Shown here piece by piece: positions 12,701-24,874 of a DNA stretch of 64,000 nucleotides (its first letter is position 1; each line of letters begins with the position of its first letter). The position numbers were made by a program, and so were the translations under genes. The notes under the pieces were generated by a model that was not told the origin of the DNA, ran no database searches, and saw nothing but the letters and a program-made list of their open reading frames with translations. The DNA is taken from contig NW_003314411.1 of NCBI RefSeq assembly GCF_000143415.4, forward strand, positions 214,540 to 278,539. The letters run 5' to 3'. This DNA is from Selaginella moellendorffii (Eukaryota > Plantae > Lycopodiophyta).

Positions 12701-15543
12701 TCTCTAGTGCTTGGGTTTGAGTCCCAACTCACTAGGGTGCAGTGATAGTTTGGAATATGAGGACACTCATTTTTCAGTGGTCATGGACTCTTAGTAAGGA
12801 GACTAGCTTGGGCACACTGTCAAGCGGGGGATGCCTCGAAGTTATGATGCACAGTTAGATTGCTTAGTGTGGCTCAACATATCTAACTTGAACACTTTGG
12901 TGCGAGTAGCACCAAAGATGTGGTGAATGAGATGGGGACACCTAGTTTTAGTTGCTATGGACCCTTGGCTAGAAGGGCTGGCTTGGGCGCACTGCCAAGT
13001 GTGAGGGATGCCCTCAGGGTCATGGTCAACAACTTAAAGGTCTAGAAAACCTAGTACCTATTAGCAAACCTATTAAGGTGCCAAGATGATATCATTAAGT
13101 GATCTTGTGGCTAAATAAAGACAAAGTCTTTGTTTGGGTAAGGAATAGGGTTCCTAGTTCAAAGTGGTGATTTGAATTGCTAGTAATGGTGTGACTTGGT
13201 CAAAGTGACCAAATGGGAAAGATATCAAAAAAGGAAATTAGTGGCAATGCAATGGTATAGTAAGTCCAAGGAAGTAGTCTTTAGGAAAGACCCATGAAAT
13301 GGTCGCAAAATTGGGCTATGGATAAAACCCATAATAGAGAATGCTAAAGAGACTTACCAAGGGTGAACACCCTTTAGACTTGGTAAAGTGGAATCTATGC
13401 TATGAAACCGTAAAAATACCTCAAGGATAAAGGTAGTGAGCCTATGTTGATTGGTGCAAGAATTAATAAATAGGAGCAAAAGACTAAAGGAAATGTGACT
13501 TCAAGGATGGATTCCCAAGTGTTTCAATTGAAGTGAAAGCTCCAAGATAGAGAGCGGCAAAGTAGCCAAATGATAAGGCTGTATACAGCCCTAACAAAAA
13601 TTATAATAATTGGAACTTAGTGTCAAATGCGGCAAGAAATAGAAAAGAGAATGATAGGTTCCTCAAGTAGAGAACCTCCTAGGAGGGGAAAGTGGCGTTT
13701 GCACAATATGTGCAATGCAAGGTGTCGGAGACACCCAAGAAATTAACTTTGAGAAGTCAAAATTAAAAGTTTCAAAGTGCAAAGGTTATATCAATGGAAA
13801 TAAAGACTACTCGAGAATGAGTAGTGAGATTGAGAAAGAGAAGGTGTCTCTAACAAGTTTAGTGAGAACTAAACCAATAAAAGGGAGAGAACCACCACGG
13901 GTGGTCAAATCAATCTTTATGTTAGAGAGAATATGCTCATTAGAGGATGGATAAAGCATAAGGAGCCTTCGATGTCAAACTATTGATGAATATTGGCTAG
14001 GTGCCAAGGTTGGAAAGGGTAATACATGCTGGTATTACTTTATAAAATAGTTTATCATTCGATGAGCACATCGAACTTTGTCTATGGGTGGTGGAGTTGT
14101 GAGACACAAATCCCAAAGCCCCAAAGTGGAGTTGAAAGGGTGCCACGTGGTAGTGGCCGAAGCGAAAGGCAAATGAGTATAACACATTTGGACTAAAAGC
14201 TCCGACTTGAAAAGTCGAGAGCGGGAGTGGAACTCTCAATGAAGGAGTCCAAGATGGAGTCTAAGATGGAGTCTGAGATGGAGTTCAAGATGGATCCAAA
14301 ATGGAGCTTAAGATAGAGTCCAAGATGGAGTCCGAAATGGACCCAAGATGGGGTCCAATCCGAGATGGAGTCTGAGGTGGACCCGAAATGGACCTGAGAT
14401 GGAGTCCGAGATGGAGTCTGAGATGGACCCGAGATGGACCCAAGATGGAGTCTGAGATGGACCCTAGATGATGTCCAAAATGGAACCGAAACTGAGACCG
14501 AGACCGAGTCCGAGTCTGAATACTAATACAAACTGTTGGGTGAAAGCCCAAAGTGATCATCCCTCGGGGGGAAGGGGCTGCAGGGGGTTCCAAAAGTATA
14601 GTAGGGAGAGTGTGGGGGTTGGACCCCAGTGGAGCCAATTTGGCCAGGAAAGGCCAGTTTGGCCTAGGAAAGTTATACGCAGCTGTTGGGTGATGGGATG
14701 ACTACTGGGAAGTCCAAGGCTAGAGTGAATACAGACTAACAAATGGGGTAGCTTGGTAGAGTGTTCAAGAGCCGGCTCTAGTTCCCCTGGGAGATTGAAT
14801 GGTTGATGCTCCTAGTCCAAACATGGGTGGCACTACCTACTTGGATACCTAGCGTGGCTTAATGGAACCTCGCTCTAAGCCCATGGCTAAAGCACCCAAA
14901 AGCAAAAGGCGAAGAGAGTACTCGTGAGGCTTATGTAGAGCCATGGTGTTCCAAATTGTTGTCCCAAAGTCCCAGACTGTGGAAAGGAAGAGGAGCAATC
15001 CTCTGGTGTAGTGACCAAAGATATGGTTATGTGGTGAGGAAGTCCCAGAGGACTGTGGGACTTAGTGGTCGGGCCTGTGGGTCTTGATCTAGTGGCAGTG
15101 TTGGTGAACACGGCCATGGACAAAAAAGGACTTGGTGGGGACTTGAAAAGGGATATTGGGGAAGGCTATTCCCCATGTCTGCAGGCATCCTAAAGATGCT
15201 AAGGAGTGGATCTGGGATAATCACTCATGGATGGATGGCCTAGTTTTTGAGAGACAAGATTATGATGCAGGTGGTGTTAGACTACTAGTATAACCAAGAT
15301 GAAGGGGCATGGCCTTAGCGTAACGGGTTGATATGTCGGTGGTACCTTGGGGTGTTGGTCATGGGATCGGACACATGAAGCACTTGGACCAAGTGCAAAA
15401 GTTGAGTGGCATGGATGCCATTCTCGGGGATAGCAAGCCCCAAGTCCAGAATAAGACTTATGGAGGTTATGAGTGAGATTCCTCTAAATGGTTGGAGGTG
15501 AGGTTAAGTGATTAAAGTAGAATGGAAAAACTAGTCACTTACA
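9745..15543 (+). mobile_element. Family A large-LTR element (5' LTR truncated 9745-10434; ~3.7 kb decayed internal region; 3' LTR 14098-15543)
   Basis: The LTR ends ...gtcacttaca and is followed by a degenerate Met PBS. PPT ggtggtggagt precedes TGTGAGACAC at 14098. Confidence 0.8.
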
Positions 15544-17880
15544 GTTGGGAGTTTCACTCCCACTCTCAACTTTTCAAGTCAAAGCTTTTAGTCCAAATGT
15601 GTTACACTCGTTTGGCTTCTGCTTTGGCCATTACCATGTGGCACTTTTTCAGCTCCACTTTGGGGCTCTAGGATTTGTGTCTCACCACCCATAGACGAAG
15701 TTAGATGTCCTTATTGAATGATAAACCATTTTTTAAAGTAACCCCATCATGAATTACCATGTTCATCTTTAGCATCAAATCAATATTCGTTAATGGTTTG
15801 ACACCAAAGGCTCACCATGTTTTGCCCATCTTCTAAGGAGTATACTCTCTCCAACTTAGAAACTCATTTGATCACATGTGGTGGTTCTTCCCCTATGTTT
15901 GTTTAGTTCTCCAAAACTTGTTAGAAACATCTTCTTTATCTCAATCCCACTACTTATCGCCAAGTAGTTTTAGTTTCTATCAACATAACCATCACACTTT
16001 AGAATTTTAATTTTGACTTCTTAAGTCAATTTCCTAGATGTTTCTGACACTTTACATTGCACATATAGTGTAAGTTTGACTCCCCCATCCTAAAAAGTTC
16101 TTTACTTGAGGGCATTATCATCCTCTCTTCTATTTCATACCGAAGGCAAAGGATGCTACAAGTCACAGATGACAAAGTAAAAGGATGAATCTAGGCCTTG
16201 TGGCAATCAGCAACTCGGACAAAAGTGGCCGAGTCACCATGCTAGCTCAAAGGGGACAGACGTATAGTATGGTGGCGGAAAGAGCTCATAGAAGATCTGG
16301 ACTGGGACCTAGCAGCGTGGAGAAGAGGAGTGCATGGCTTCTTTACATACAAGGTTAAGGACTTGTGGAATGGACTGATGGTGAACAGGGAATTCGAGAG
16401 AGAAGAAATTCCAAGGTTGTGGCAAAAGTGGATCACACATGGAGTGGAGGCGGACCAAATGATTGACAACATGGTGGTGTTTTCGAAGTTACCGATTCAG
16501 GAGAAATCAAAGGTGACCTCTTGGTTGGTAGTGACGAATGGCTTACCAGTAGGATAGCGGTTTCAAGTAGAGAATGCTCGCAGGTGCTCAGAATGCGGGG
16601 AACTGGAGATAGTCGCACATCTCCCCTAAGAGTGTGATATAGCTAGAGATGTGGAGGCAAGTAGCAAAGGCGTTGAGGGAACTAGGAGCAAGTAGGACTT
16701 TGAAATGCGTGAAGGGGATGTTACCCAATGGTTCCTAGAGGCAAGGGCGCCGTGTACGGGACCAGCCTGGCGAAAGAATGGATGCTAGGGACGTTCAGGA
16801 TGGGGCATCCGAGTTAGGTGGGATGCTGTAGGAGCCAAAATTAGGACCCTAGTGTGGGAGGCCCTGGGATAGACAAGATGGGAGATATGGCAGGCTTCTA
16901 GGGTATAGGCACTCTTGGAAGTTCGGAACCACAACCACTTCGAAGGGTAGAAGGCTTGGATTTTAGCAATTATGGTGAATTGGTGGAGGCTTATACTAGC
17001 TGCTGTCAGGAATAGGGAAAAATGGGGAAGCGCTAGCAACTTGGCAAAAACTATGGACCCCGTGCTATGGAGCAGAGCATGAGGGAGAGGTCAAGTAGAA
17101 ATGGAGACCACCGGACACGGTAATAAAGGAGGCTCAACATAGTGATTTGGCACTGGATGCACTGAGGAGGTGATGACCACAGCAGCCACGGTTGGAGGAC
17201 AACAGGTGTTATTAGGTAAAGGACAACAAGACGGTTTAGTTGAGTGAACAGTGTTAAGAGTGACTCGTTTTTGTATTAGTCCCTAAGGGACTCAGAGTAA
17301 TGTACATATATGTTGCATCTTCTATTTCATACCACACTTGGCACTAAGTTTCACTTATCCATAATTTGTGCTAGGGCTGTTAACAACCTTATTATTTGGT
17401 TATCTTGCTACTCCCTCTCTTGGAGCTTTCACCTTTGCCAACTTGGAGCATTTGGGAATTCATCTTTGAAAACATATTTCTTTTCCCATAACACATTAGC
17501 ATTTAACACATGAGTATTCCTTAAATTTGTTGTTTAGATTTATTCCAATGATTCCCATGGCCTATTCTTGGCCACTAGTCTTTTGCTCCTATGCTTTGAT
17601 TATTACAATAAGTAATGTAGGATCACTACCTCCATCCTCGAGGTATCTTTTTGGTTCCATAACAAAAGCTTTATTTTGCCAAATTTAAAGGGTGTTTATC
17701 TCTAGTAAGTCTCTTTAGCATTTTCTATTGTGGGCTTTATCTACAACCTAACTTTGTGACCTCCCATAGGTCTTTCTTAGAAACTACTTTCTTAAACTTA
17801 CTATACCATCGCATTAGCATTCATTTCCCTTAAATGTTTTTCCCACTTGGTCACCTTGACCTTGTCCTTATTTACCCAAA
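15544..17880 (-). mobile_element. Family A element, minus-strand remnant (left part of its LTR at ~9589-9740)
   Basis: Reverse complement of the 13200-14240 region. Its LTR is interrupted by the 9745-15543 element. Confidence 0.7.
16142..17317 (+). mobile_element. 5'-truncated L1-type LINE fragment
   Basis: 16 bp TSD TCTTCTATTTCATACC (16126-16141 and 17318-17333). Translation K.K..SW....GLPVG*R....C..C...E..AHL...C..A resembles the C-terminal zinc finger (zf-RVT) of L1 ORF2. Confidence 0.8.
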
Positions 17881-17907
17881 TATCACCTAGTGATCTTACC
17901 TTGAGAC

Positions 17908-17980
17908 TATAAGCTCTTGAGTTTGGACTTCCCAGGAGGTCACCTAACCTAGTATTATTCAAACCCAAAGATGCTTAACC
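17908..17980 (-). mobile_element. 5S-rRNA-bearing (Cassandra-like) LTR fragment
   Basis: Minus strand gttaagcatctttgggtttgaataatactaggttaggtgacctcctgggaagtcc matches the 3' half of plant 5S rRNA without gaps. Confidence 0.75.
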
Positions 17981-18079
17981 TTTGGCATTCATTTCCGAAG
18001 CCTCTTGCTTTGTGTGAAACTAAATATGTCAAAGTGGATCAAGCTAGAAATGTTATAACTGTTATGTTATGTTATGTTA

Positions 18080-21000
18080 AGTGAACAGAGTTGTTATAGG
18101 AAAACTCAACAAGGGGAAGGATATCAAACCAGTCATCCTGATGACAGTTGATGAAGCATCTCAAGAATTGTTCCAACATCTGAATCGTTCACTCGGATTG
18201 TCCATTAGTTTGAGGATGATACGCCGAAGAGAAGTTGGCCTTCACTCCAAGCAACTGCAAGAACTGTTGCCAAAAATGAAAGATGAACTGAGGTCCCCGA
18301 TCTGAAACCACATCTACAGTAATCCCATGAAGTCGGAAAATTTCCCTGAATACTAGTTTTGCCATGTCCTTGCCTGAAAACTCTTTGGTACATGGCAAGA
18401 AGTGTGCCATCTTTGTGAAGCAATCCACCATGACTAAAATGTTGTTAAAGCCTCTAGAACTCGGAAGATCACTCAAGAAATCCATGGAGATGGATTCCCA
18501 AGGACCTGAAGGGACTGAGAGGGAACGAAGAAAACCTGAAGGAAGGTGGCGAGGTACCTTATTCTAGGCGCAAGTGTCACAGGAGGTAACAAAAACTTTG
18601 ATGTAGTTGTCCATGTGAGGCCACCAGAAGTCCCATGCAACCAGCTCATAAGTTTTCACAATGCCAAAGTGACCAGCAATGGGGCTATCATGGCACGCCA
18701 TCAGGACCAACCTTTGAGTGTCACCTTCAAGAACGTAAAGTTGCTCCCCACGGTACAACAAGCCATCTAAGAACTCAAACTCGTCAAATCACCGGCAGTC
18801 GGGAGTCACTAGGTGTCCAGCCTGGATGGGGGAAAATATTGCTAGCGAGGTTGTCGGATTGAAGATTGTTTTTGATTGCACCCATCAAGGAGGAGTCCTG
18901 AGGGGCCAGGGAAATTGCCATAACTTGAAGCCGATCAAGACCGAGGATAACCTGATCCTGATGATTGAAGGCAAGATTACCAAGCTTGAGACTGAGATAG
19001 GAGCGCCTTGAAAGAGCATCAGGAAGGCCCTAAAGCTTTCCAGGTCTATACTTGATAACAAAGTCAAACCGACTCAAGAATTGTGCTCACCTTGCCTGAC
19101 GACGGCTCAAAACTTGGGAAGTGGCAAAGTATTCGAGATTTTTGTGATCCATCCAAACTATTGTTTGATGGCTCGCCCCTTCCAACAAAACGACGCCACT
19201 CTCCAAAGGAATCCACGATGGCAAGGAGTTCCTTGTCGTGGATTTCGTAATTGATCTCCGCAGGCTGGAATTTCTGAGAATGGAAAGCGACAAGATGAAA
19301 TTTCTAATCCACTCCGAGTTGAGATAGCATAGCACCGATGGCAAAGTCCACCTCGATGAAAAAAGGTTGTGAGGGATCAGCATGGAGCAAGACGGGAGCA
19401 GAACTGAAGGCCGCCTTGAGTGTGTCGAAAGCATGTTGGGCAGCAGTAGACCAAGAGAAGGGACCATCCTTGTGAGTGAGATGCGTGAGAGGAAGGATAA
19501 TATCAGAGTAGTGATCAATGAATTTGCAGTAGAAGTTGGCGAAGCCAAGGAAAACCTGAATGTCTGACATTGATTGTGGAGGCTCCCATTCGAGAATAGT
19601 CTTGACTTTGGCAGGATCCATCATGATACCCTCAGGAGTGACAATATACCCAAGGAACTCCACAGACTCCTAATCAAAGGAACATTTCTTAAGCTTCGCG
19701 TATAGGCCATGTTCCCGCAGCTTCGCCAGCACCTTGCGCACATGCTCGTCATGCTCCTCCTGAGTTTTTTAGTAGATGAGGATGTCATCGAGGTAGATGA
19801 TCACCATCTGATCAAGAAACAATCAAAAGATGTCGTTCACCATGTGTTGAAAAATTGCTGGAGCATTTGTCAAGCCAAATGGCATGACAGTGTACTCGAA
19901 GTGGCCATAGCGGGTTTGGAACGTAGTCTTCCATTCATCGCCAGGTCGGATCCGAATCAGGTTGTATGCTCTACGGAGGTCGATTTTGGTGAAGAAGCAG
20001 GCACCACCGAGGCGTTTCAACAGATCCGAGATCAAGGGCAATGGATAATAGTTCCGAACAGTCACCTTGTTCAAACCTCAGTAGTCAATGGCTAGCCACA
20101 AACTCCCATCCTTCTTCTTGACAAAGAAGATAAGCGCTCTAGCTGGGGACTACGAATGCTGAATGTACCCCGAGGCAAGGTTCTTGTCCACATACTCTTT
20201 GAGGGCCTTAAGCTCGGACAGAGATAACCTATAGATAGGCCCCCACGGAGGTGACGCTTCTTTCTGTAAATCAATGGGATAGTCGTAAAGCCGATGAACA
20301 AGCAGTACACTAGCTTTTTTCTTGTCAAACACATCCCCAAAATCATGATACTTCTTAGGAAGACTAATAGGAGAAACATGCAAAGCAAAAAGGAAAATAG
20401 GTTCTTCATGAAGGAGTTCTTTCATAGTGATTGTGGAGATAAGAGGAGGCATACGACTGAATGAAATGATGGGACAAGGATATTGTCCAGTGTAAGATGG
20501 AAGAGAGGGAAAAGAAAAGGGTGAAAACTTCATAGAGTCAGGAATAGAACCCTAATTTGAGTTTAGGGAACTTTTCCTAATTCGGACTTGATGAATAGCA
20601 GAGGAAGACATGGGAAATGGTGATGTGGGAGAGATGAGTTGTAATTCCTTCCAATAGATATGAGGCTGGTGCAATTGGAACCAAGGAAGGCTGAGCACCA
20701 CAGAGGAGGACTTGCTGTTGATGATGTTGAAGGCGATATCAGTGATAGTGGACCCGATGTGTAGTCGAGCGGGCAACGTTTCCCTAAGTCCAGAAGATGG
20801 AGACACAAAATGCCTGCTGATGCCTTCAACCCTCAGATCCCATATGGTAGGAGAAAGAGGAATATGATGTCGGGCAGCAAAGTTCGTATCCATGAAGCAA
20901 TAAGCTGCACTCGAGTCTAGTAGTGCTAGAGCCTTGAGTCCAGATTGTCCGCTGAAAGAAAGGAGACATGGGATGTGGAAGTTGCAGGAATTGGTGGTGG

Positions 21001-22499
21001 CTTTGATGAAAGGGGGTGAGGAGCTTGATAAAGAAGAAAAGTGATTTTTATTCAGAGAGTCCAAACAGACAGCTCCTGTTTGGACAGGGTTGTTTCCCGA
21101 TTGCAATAGAGGTGGACCTTGAGGCAGAGTGAACTTGAGCAGTTGGGGAGGCTTTTTGGGACACTTAGCTACTTTGTGATTAGGATTAGCACAATAGAGG
21201 CAAAGATTATGAGATACTCGACATTGCTTCTCAGCAGGACTCAACTTCCCTCTGATGAGTCGAAGAGTACCAAAAATATCCATCGAGACTGGAGCAATAG
21301 GTTCAGGAGTATGTCCTAAAGACTCAAGCTGGGATTTTTGAGTCTAGGACGGGAAAACGGCGGCATGGCGACTTTCCTGACGACATTCAAAGAGACGATT
21401 GTCGCATCGAACAGCTTTGTTGATGGTGTCTGACAAGTCTGTGGGATCCTCCATAGTGAGCAACAAATCCTTGACACCATTGTTGAGGCCGAAACGAAAT
21501 TGATCAATCAGAGCCCGCTCATCCTATTGAGTGTCCAAGGCAAGGAGTTGGAACTCCGTAGCATAGATCGAGGCAAGAAGAGACCCTTAAGAGAGACGTC
21601 TCATCTTTGTTGTGGCAGCTTGAACCTGATCTATCTCACCAAAATATGCTTCAAGCTTCTCTTTGAACAACTAAAGATCCATCAACTCTGGAACCACGAC
21701 CCCTTTCATGCTCTTCTCCAAGAGAGGAGAAAACCATGACAAAGCTGCACCTTTGAGCAACGTCTCGATCACACCAATTTGAGACTCGGGAGTGGGGTAC
21801 TGCCAATGTTGAAGTGCGAAGATCAACTCCATCTAGTTCAGGAATTTGTGAAGCTTCAAACAATTGCCTGAGAACTTCACTAGGAAACTCACCTTTGGTT
21901 CAGGAACTTTGCTTGATCCTTGAGTCAAAAGTGAAGCAAGCTCTTATTGCATGTGAAGAAGGGTCACCTTCAGCTCGGTATTCTCAAACTGGATTTTTGC
22001 AAGGACTTCGGCAAAGAAATCAGGATGGCTTGGAGATTCCATCGGCAAATAAGAAAGAAAAGGGGGGAAAAAGGCAAAGGCAGTCAAACAATCAAAACGA
22101 GCTAAAGCAAAAGCAAAAAAACACAATCTAAATCAAACTGTCAAGACCCCCAATAAAATCAGGATTGGAAAATGCAAAAGACAAAAAGAAAAGCTAGTGG
22201 AAACGAAGAAAAGGCTTTAGACTAGTGTTGATTTAGATTGTGGAGAAATGGAACAAGGCTAACCTATATATACTATAGGTTGATGAAACTCCACCACTCT
22301 TGGATCGAGGACGGCCTAAATATAACTTAGGTCGAGGAGGTGTCACATCATCATCAGGAATATGGTTTGAGACTTAGGAATCATACGGGAAATCAAAGAG
22401 TCAGGAATAAGGAAGTGTCTCGAGAGTCAGGAATGTGGTTTACGGGTCAAAAATCCGGCAAGAGTTAGGAATGTGGCAAGAATTGGGGGATTCCTGACA
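18080..22499 (-). mobile_element. Ty3/Gypsy chromovirus-like (Tcn1/Tf1-sushi type) element, 3'-truncated; 5' LTR 22499-22139; frameshifted gag-PR-RT-RH-INT
   Basis: Gag LCLYC...H....CP; PR ALLDS; [43 protein letters not shown]; INT GHFG, SMDF, SDRGPQF, HPQTNGQSE. LTR termini TGTCA...TGACA. Confidence 0.92.
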
Positions 22500-24780
22500 A
22501 CTATTAATTTCATTGATGATGTCTTGATTCACTCGGAGAGGATATGGGAGGAACATATCCGTGATGTTTGTAAAGTGTTGGATCAGTTATGGGATGTTGG
22601 TTTAAAGTTGAAGCGATCGAAGTCCAAGGACACAATTTATCTTGGGTACTGTATTTTTTTTAAGGGTTTACAAGTTGATCCTGACAAACTTGTGGATGTT
22701 CTAAAGTTCCTTACTCTGAAGTGTCTCAATAATGTGTAGTCCTTCCTGGGCAAAGTGCAGTATCTCAGTAGTTTTGTGGATCATCTTTCTTATCGCACTA
22801 CACCATTGCAAATGTTGCTGAAGTCATCAACATCATCTTTCATCTGGTCTACAAATTGTGAGCAGGCGTTCATGGATCTCAAAGAGCTATTGACAACTCC
22901 TCTGGTTTTGACGTATCCTAATTACACTTAACATTTCATTTTGGGCATGGATGCTTTTAATATTGATCTTGGAGGTGTGTTGATGCAACAAAGCTTGAGT
23001 GTGCCTAATCAGTGCCATCCCATTACATATATAAGCTATACATTACAACTAGCAGAGGCAAACTACTCCATGATAGAGGAGTGTTTGGTAGCAGTCCGGG
23101 GTTTCGAGAAACTTCATACATATCTATATGGTTCTCAGACGTTATTAGGACATGATCATGGTGTTGTTACTTCATTATAAAAGTGAAAGAACTTGGTTGG
23201 TTATACTACTCTGTGGGTTTTAAAGCCTCAAATATATTATTTTGATGTTGCTCATCTCTCGGGGAGTTCTATGGTTGATGCTAATGCCTTTTCTCGAGCT
23301 CTTCTTCCTTCTTCACTCTCTTCTCATGTTTATAAGAAATTTGTTATTCTAGCATCTATAGATTTTTTGGATGAGAATTTTATGCTATTAGCAATTGTTG
23401 TACTTAACGTTCAGTGTCCACAAGGTGCAGAGCAAGATTTATCTTCTCTTGATAAGGTTTATGAAGCTTAAAAGATTGAGCCATGGATTTGAAGGCTTCA
23501 AGATGGGTTTGAGAATCTTGCATCACTTGCTGATGATTTGCTATTTCAGCATTTACATTCTCAATATCTCCTTGAAGACGGTCTTCTTTATTTTATAGGG
23601 ACGGATCCGGATGATCATTTATAGCTGGTGGTGCCTTCAATCTTTATTCCACATTTTCTCCATGTCTACCATAATTCTCTTGTTCTAGGCAAGCATATTG
23701 GATATTGTTGTGTGACTGAGAAGTTGCGTAGTTCTTTTTATTGGTCAAAGATATAATGTGATATTATCCGATATGTGCATAGCTGCATTTAGTGCCAAGC
23801 TTATAATATTCCCCCTCGTGTTGTTGGAGTCAATTGCAATTTCTCGTCTATTTGAGTTGGTAGCATTTGTTTTATAGGACCTTTTCCACGATCGACTGCT
23901 GACAATAAGTATATTATTATTCCTTCTGACTACTTAATTCACTGAGTGGAAGTTGGTGCTCTTGCTAGCACCTCTACAATTGCTATTAAATACTTTCTCA
24001 ATCGAGTGGTATTCCAAGATTCTTGTCCGAAGCAAATTCTTTCAAATAATGGTCCTGTATTTATGGCTGAGGCATTTTATGTTTTGATGTCTCGATTGGG
24101 GAAATGCCAAACTTTCACGAGTGCTTATCATCCACAGTCAAATGGTTTAGTGAAACGGCTCATTTTAAAATTTAAAGGAATGATCGCAAAATACATGAAC
24201 TTTCAGCATTTGCATTGGGATAATTATTTGCCGTCTCTTTGGTATGCATATATCATAGAGGTGCAAAATTCTGTTAGTCCTTCACCATATAAACTCTTAT
24301 ATAGTCATAATCTAATAATACCAATAGAGTTGGGTTTACCTTCACAATTGCCACAAGCTGCCGATGCTAAATCATAGGATCAATATGTAATGAGCATTCT
24401 TCCATTTGTTCGAGCAGAGTCTACTGAACACCTAGGCCGCGTACAAGTGGGATAACAATGGCATTATAACTCCCATCATCGTCCACTTGCGGAGTACAAA
24501 GTGGATGACTTGGTGTTAATCCGTTTTCCCTATTTTATAGTACGTGGTTTATCTAAAAGGTCCTTGCTTAGTGGAAAGGACCATATTAGGTGTTGCGGCA
24601 AGTTAGATCACAAGTTTATAAGGTTTGACATGACATCTAGCAAGCCGATCCTTTAAAAATTTTGCACTTACAACAAGTTTGACTGCAAGTTTATGAGGTT
24701 TGATATAACATTCAATATGCTGATCCTCCAAAAATTATGCATATACAACAGCTAAAATGCTTTATACAAAGGGATCAAAA
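22500..24780 (+). mobile_element. Gypsy family B decayed pol (RT C-terminus, RNase H, integrase)
   Basis: FIDDVLIHS, DA...LGGVLMQ, EANYS..EECL and SNNGP.F...AYHPQSNGLV motifs with many stops. Confidence 0.8.
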
Positions 24781-24874
24781 AAAATTAACACTATCTATAG
24801 TACCTCTATATATATCTAGAAAATGTGAAGATTTAAAGAAAAATATATTAAATAAGCACTAAATAAATTATATT

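Noticed and set aside
14244-14520. CRISPR-like appearance of the GAGATGGA arrays
   Set aside because: Contiguous 11-12 bp units with no unique spacers and no cas genes, inside eukaryotic LTRs.
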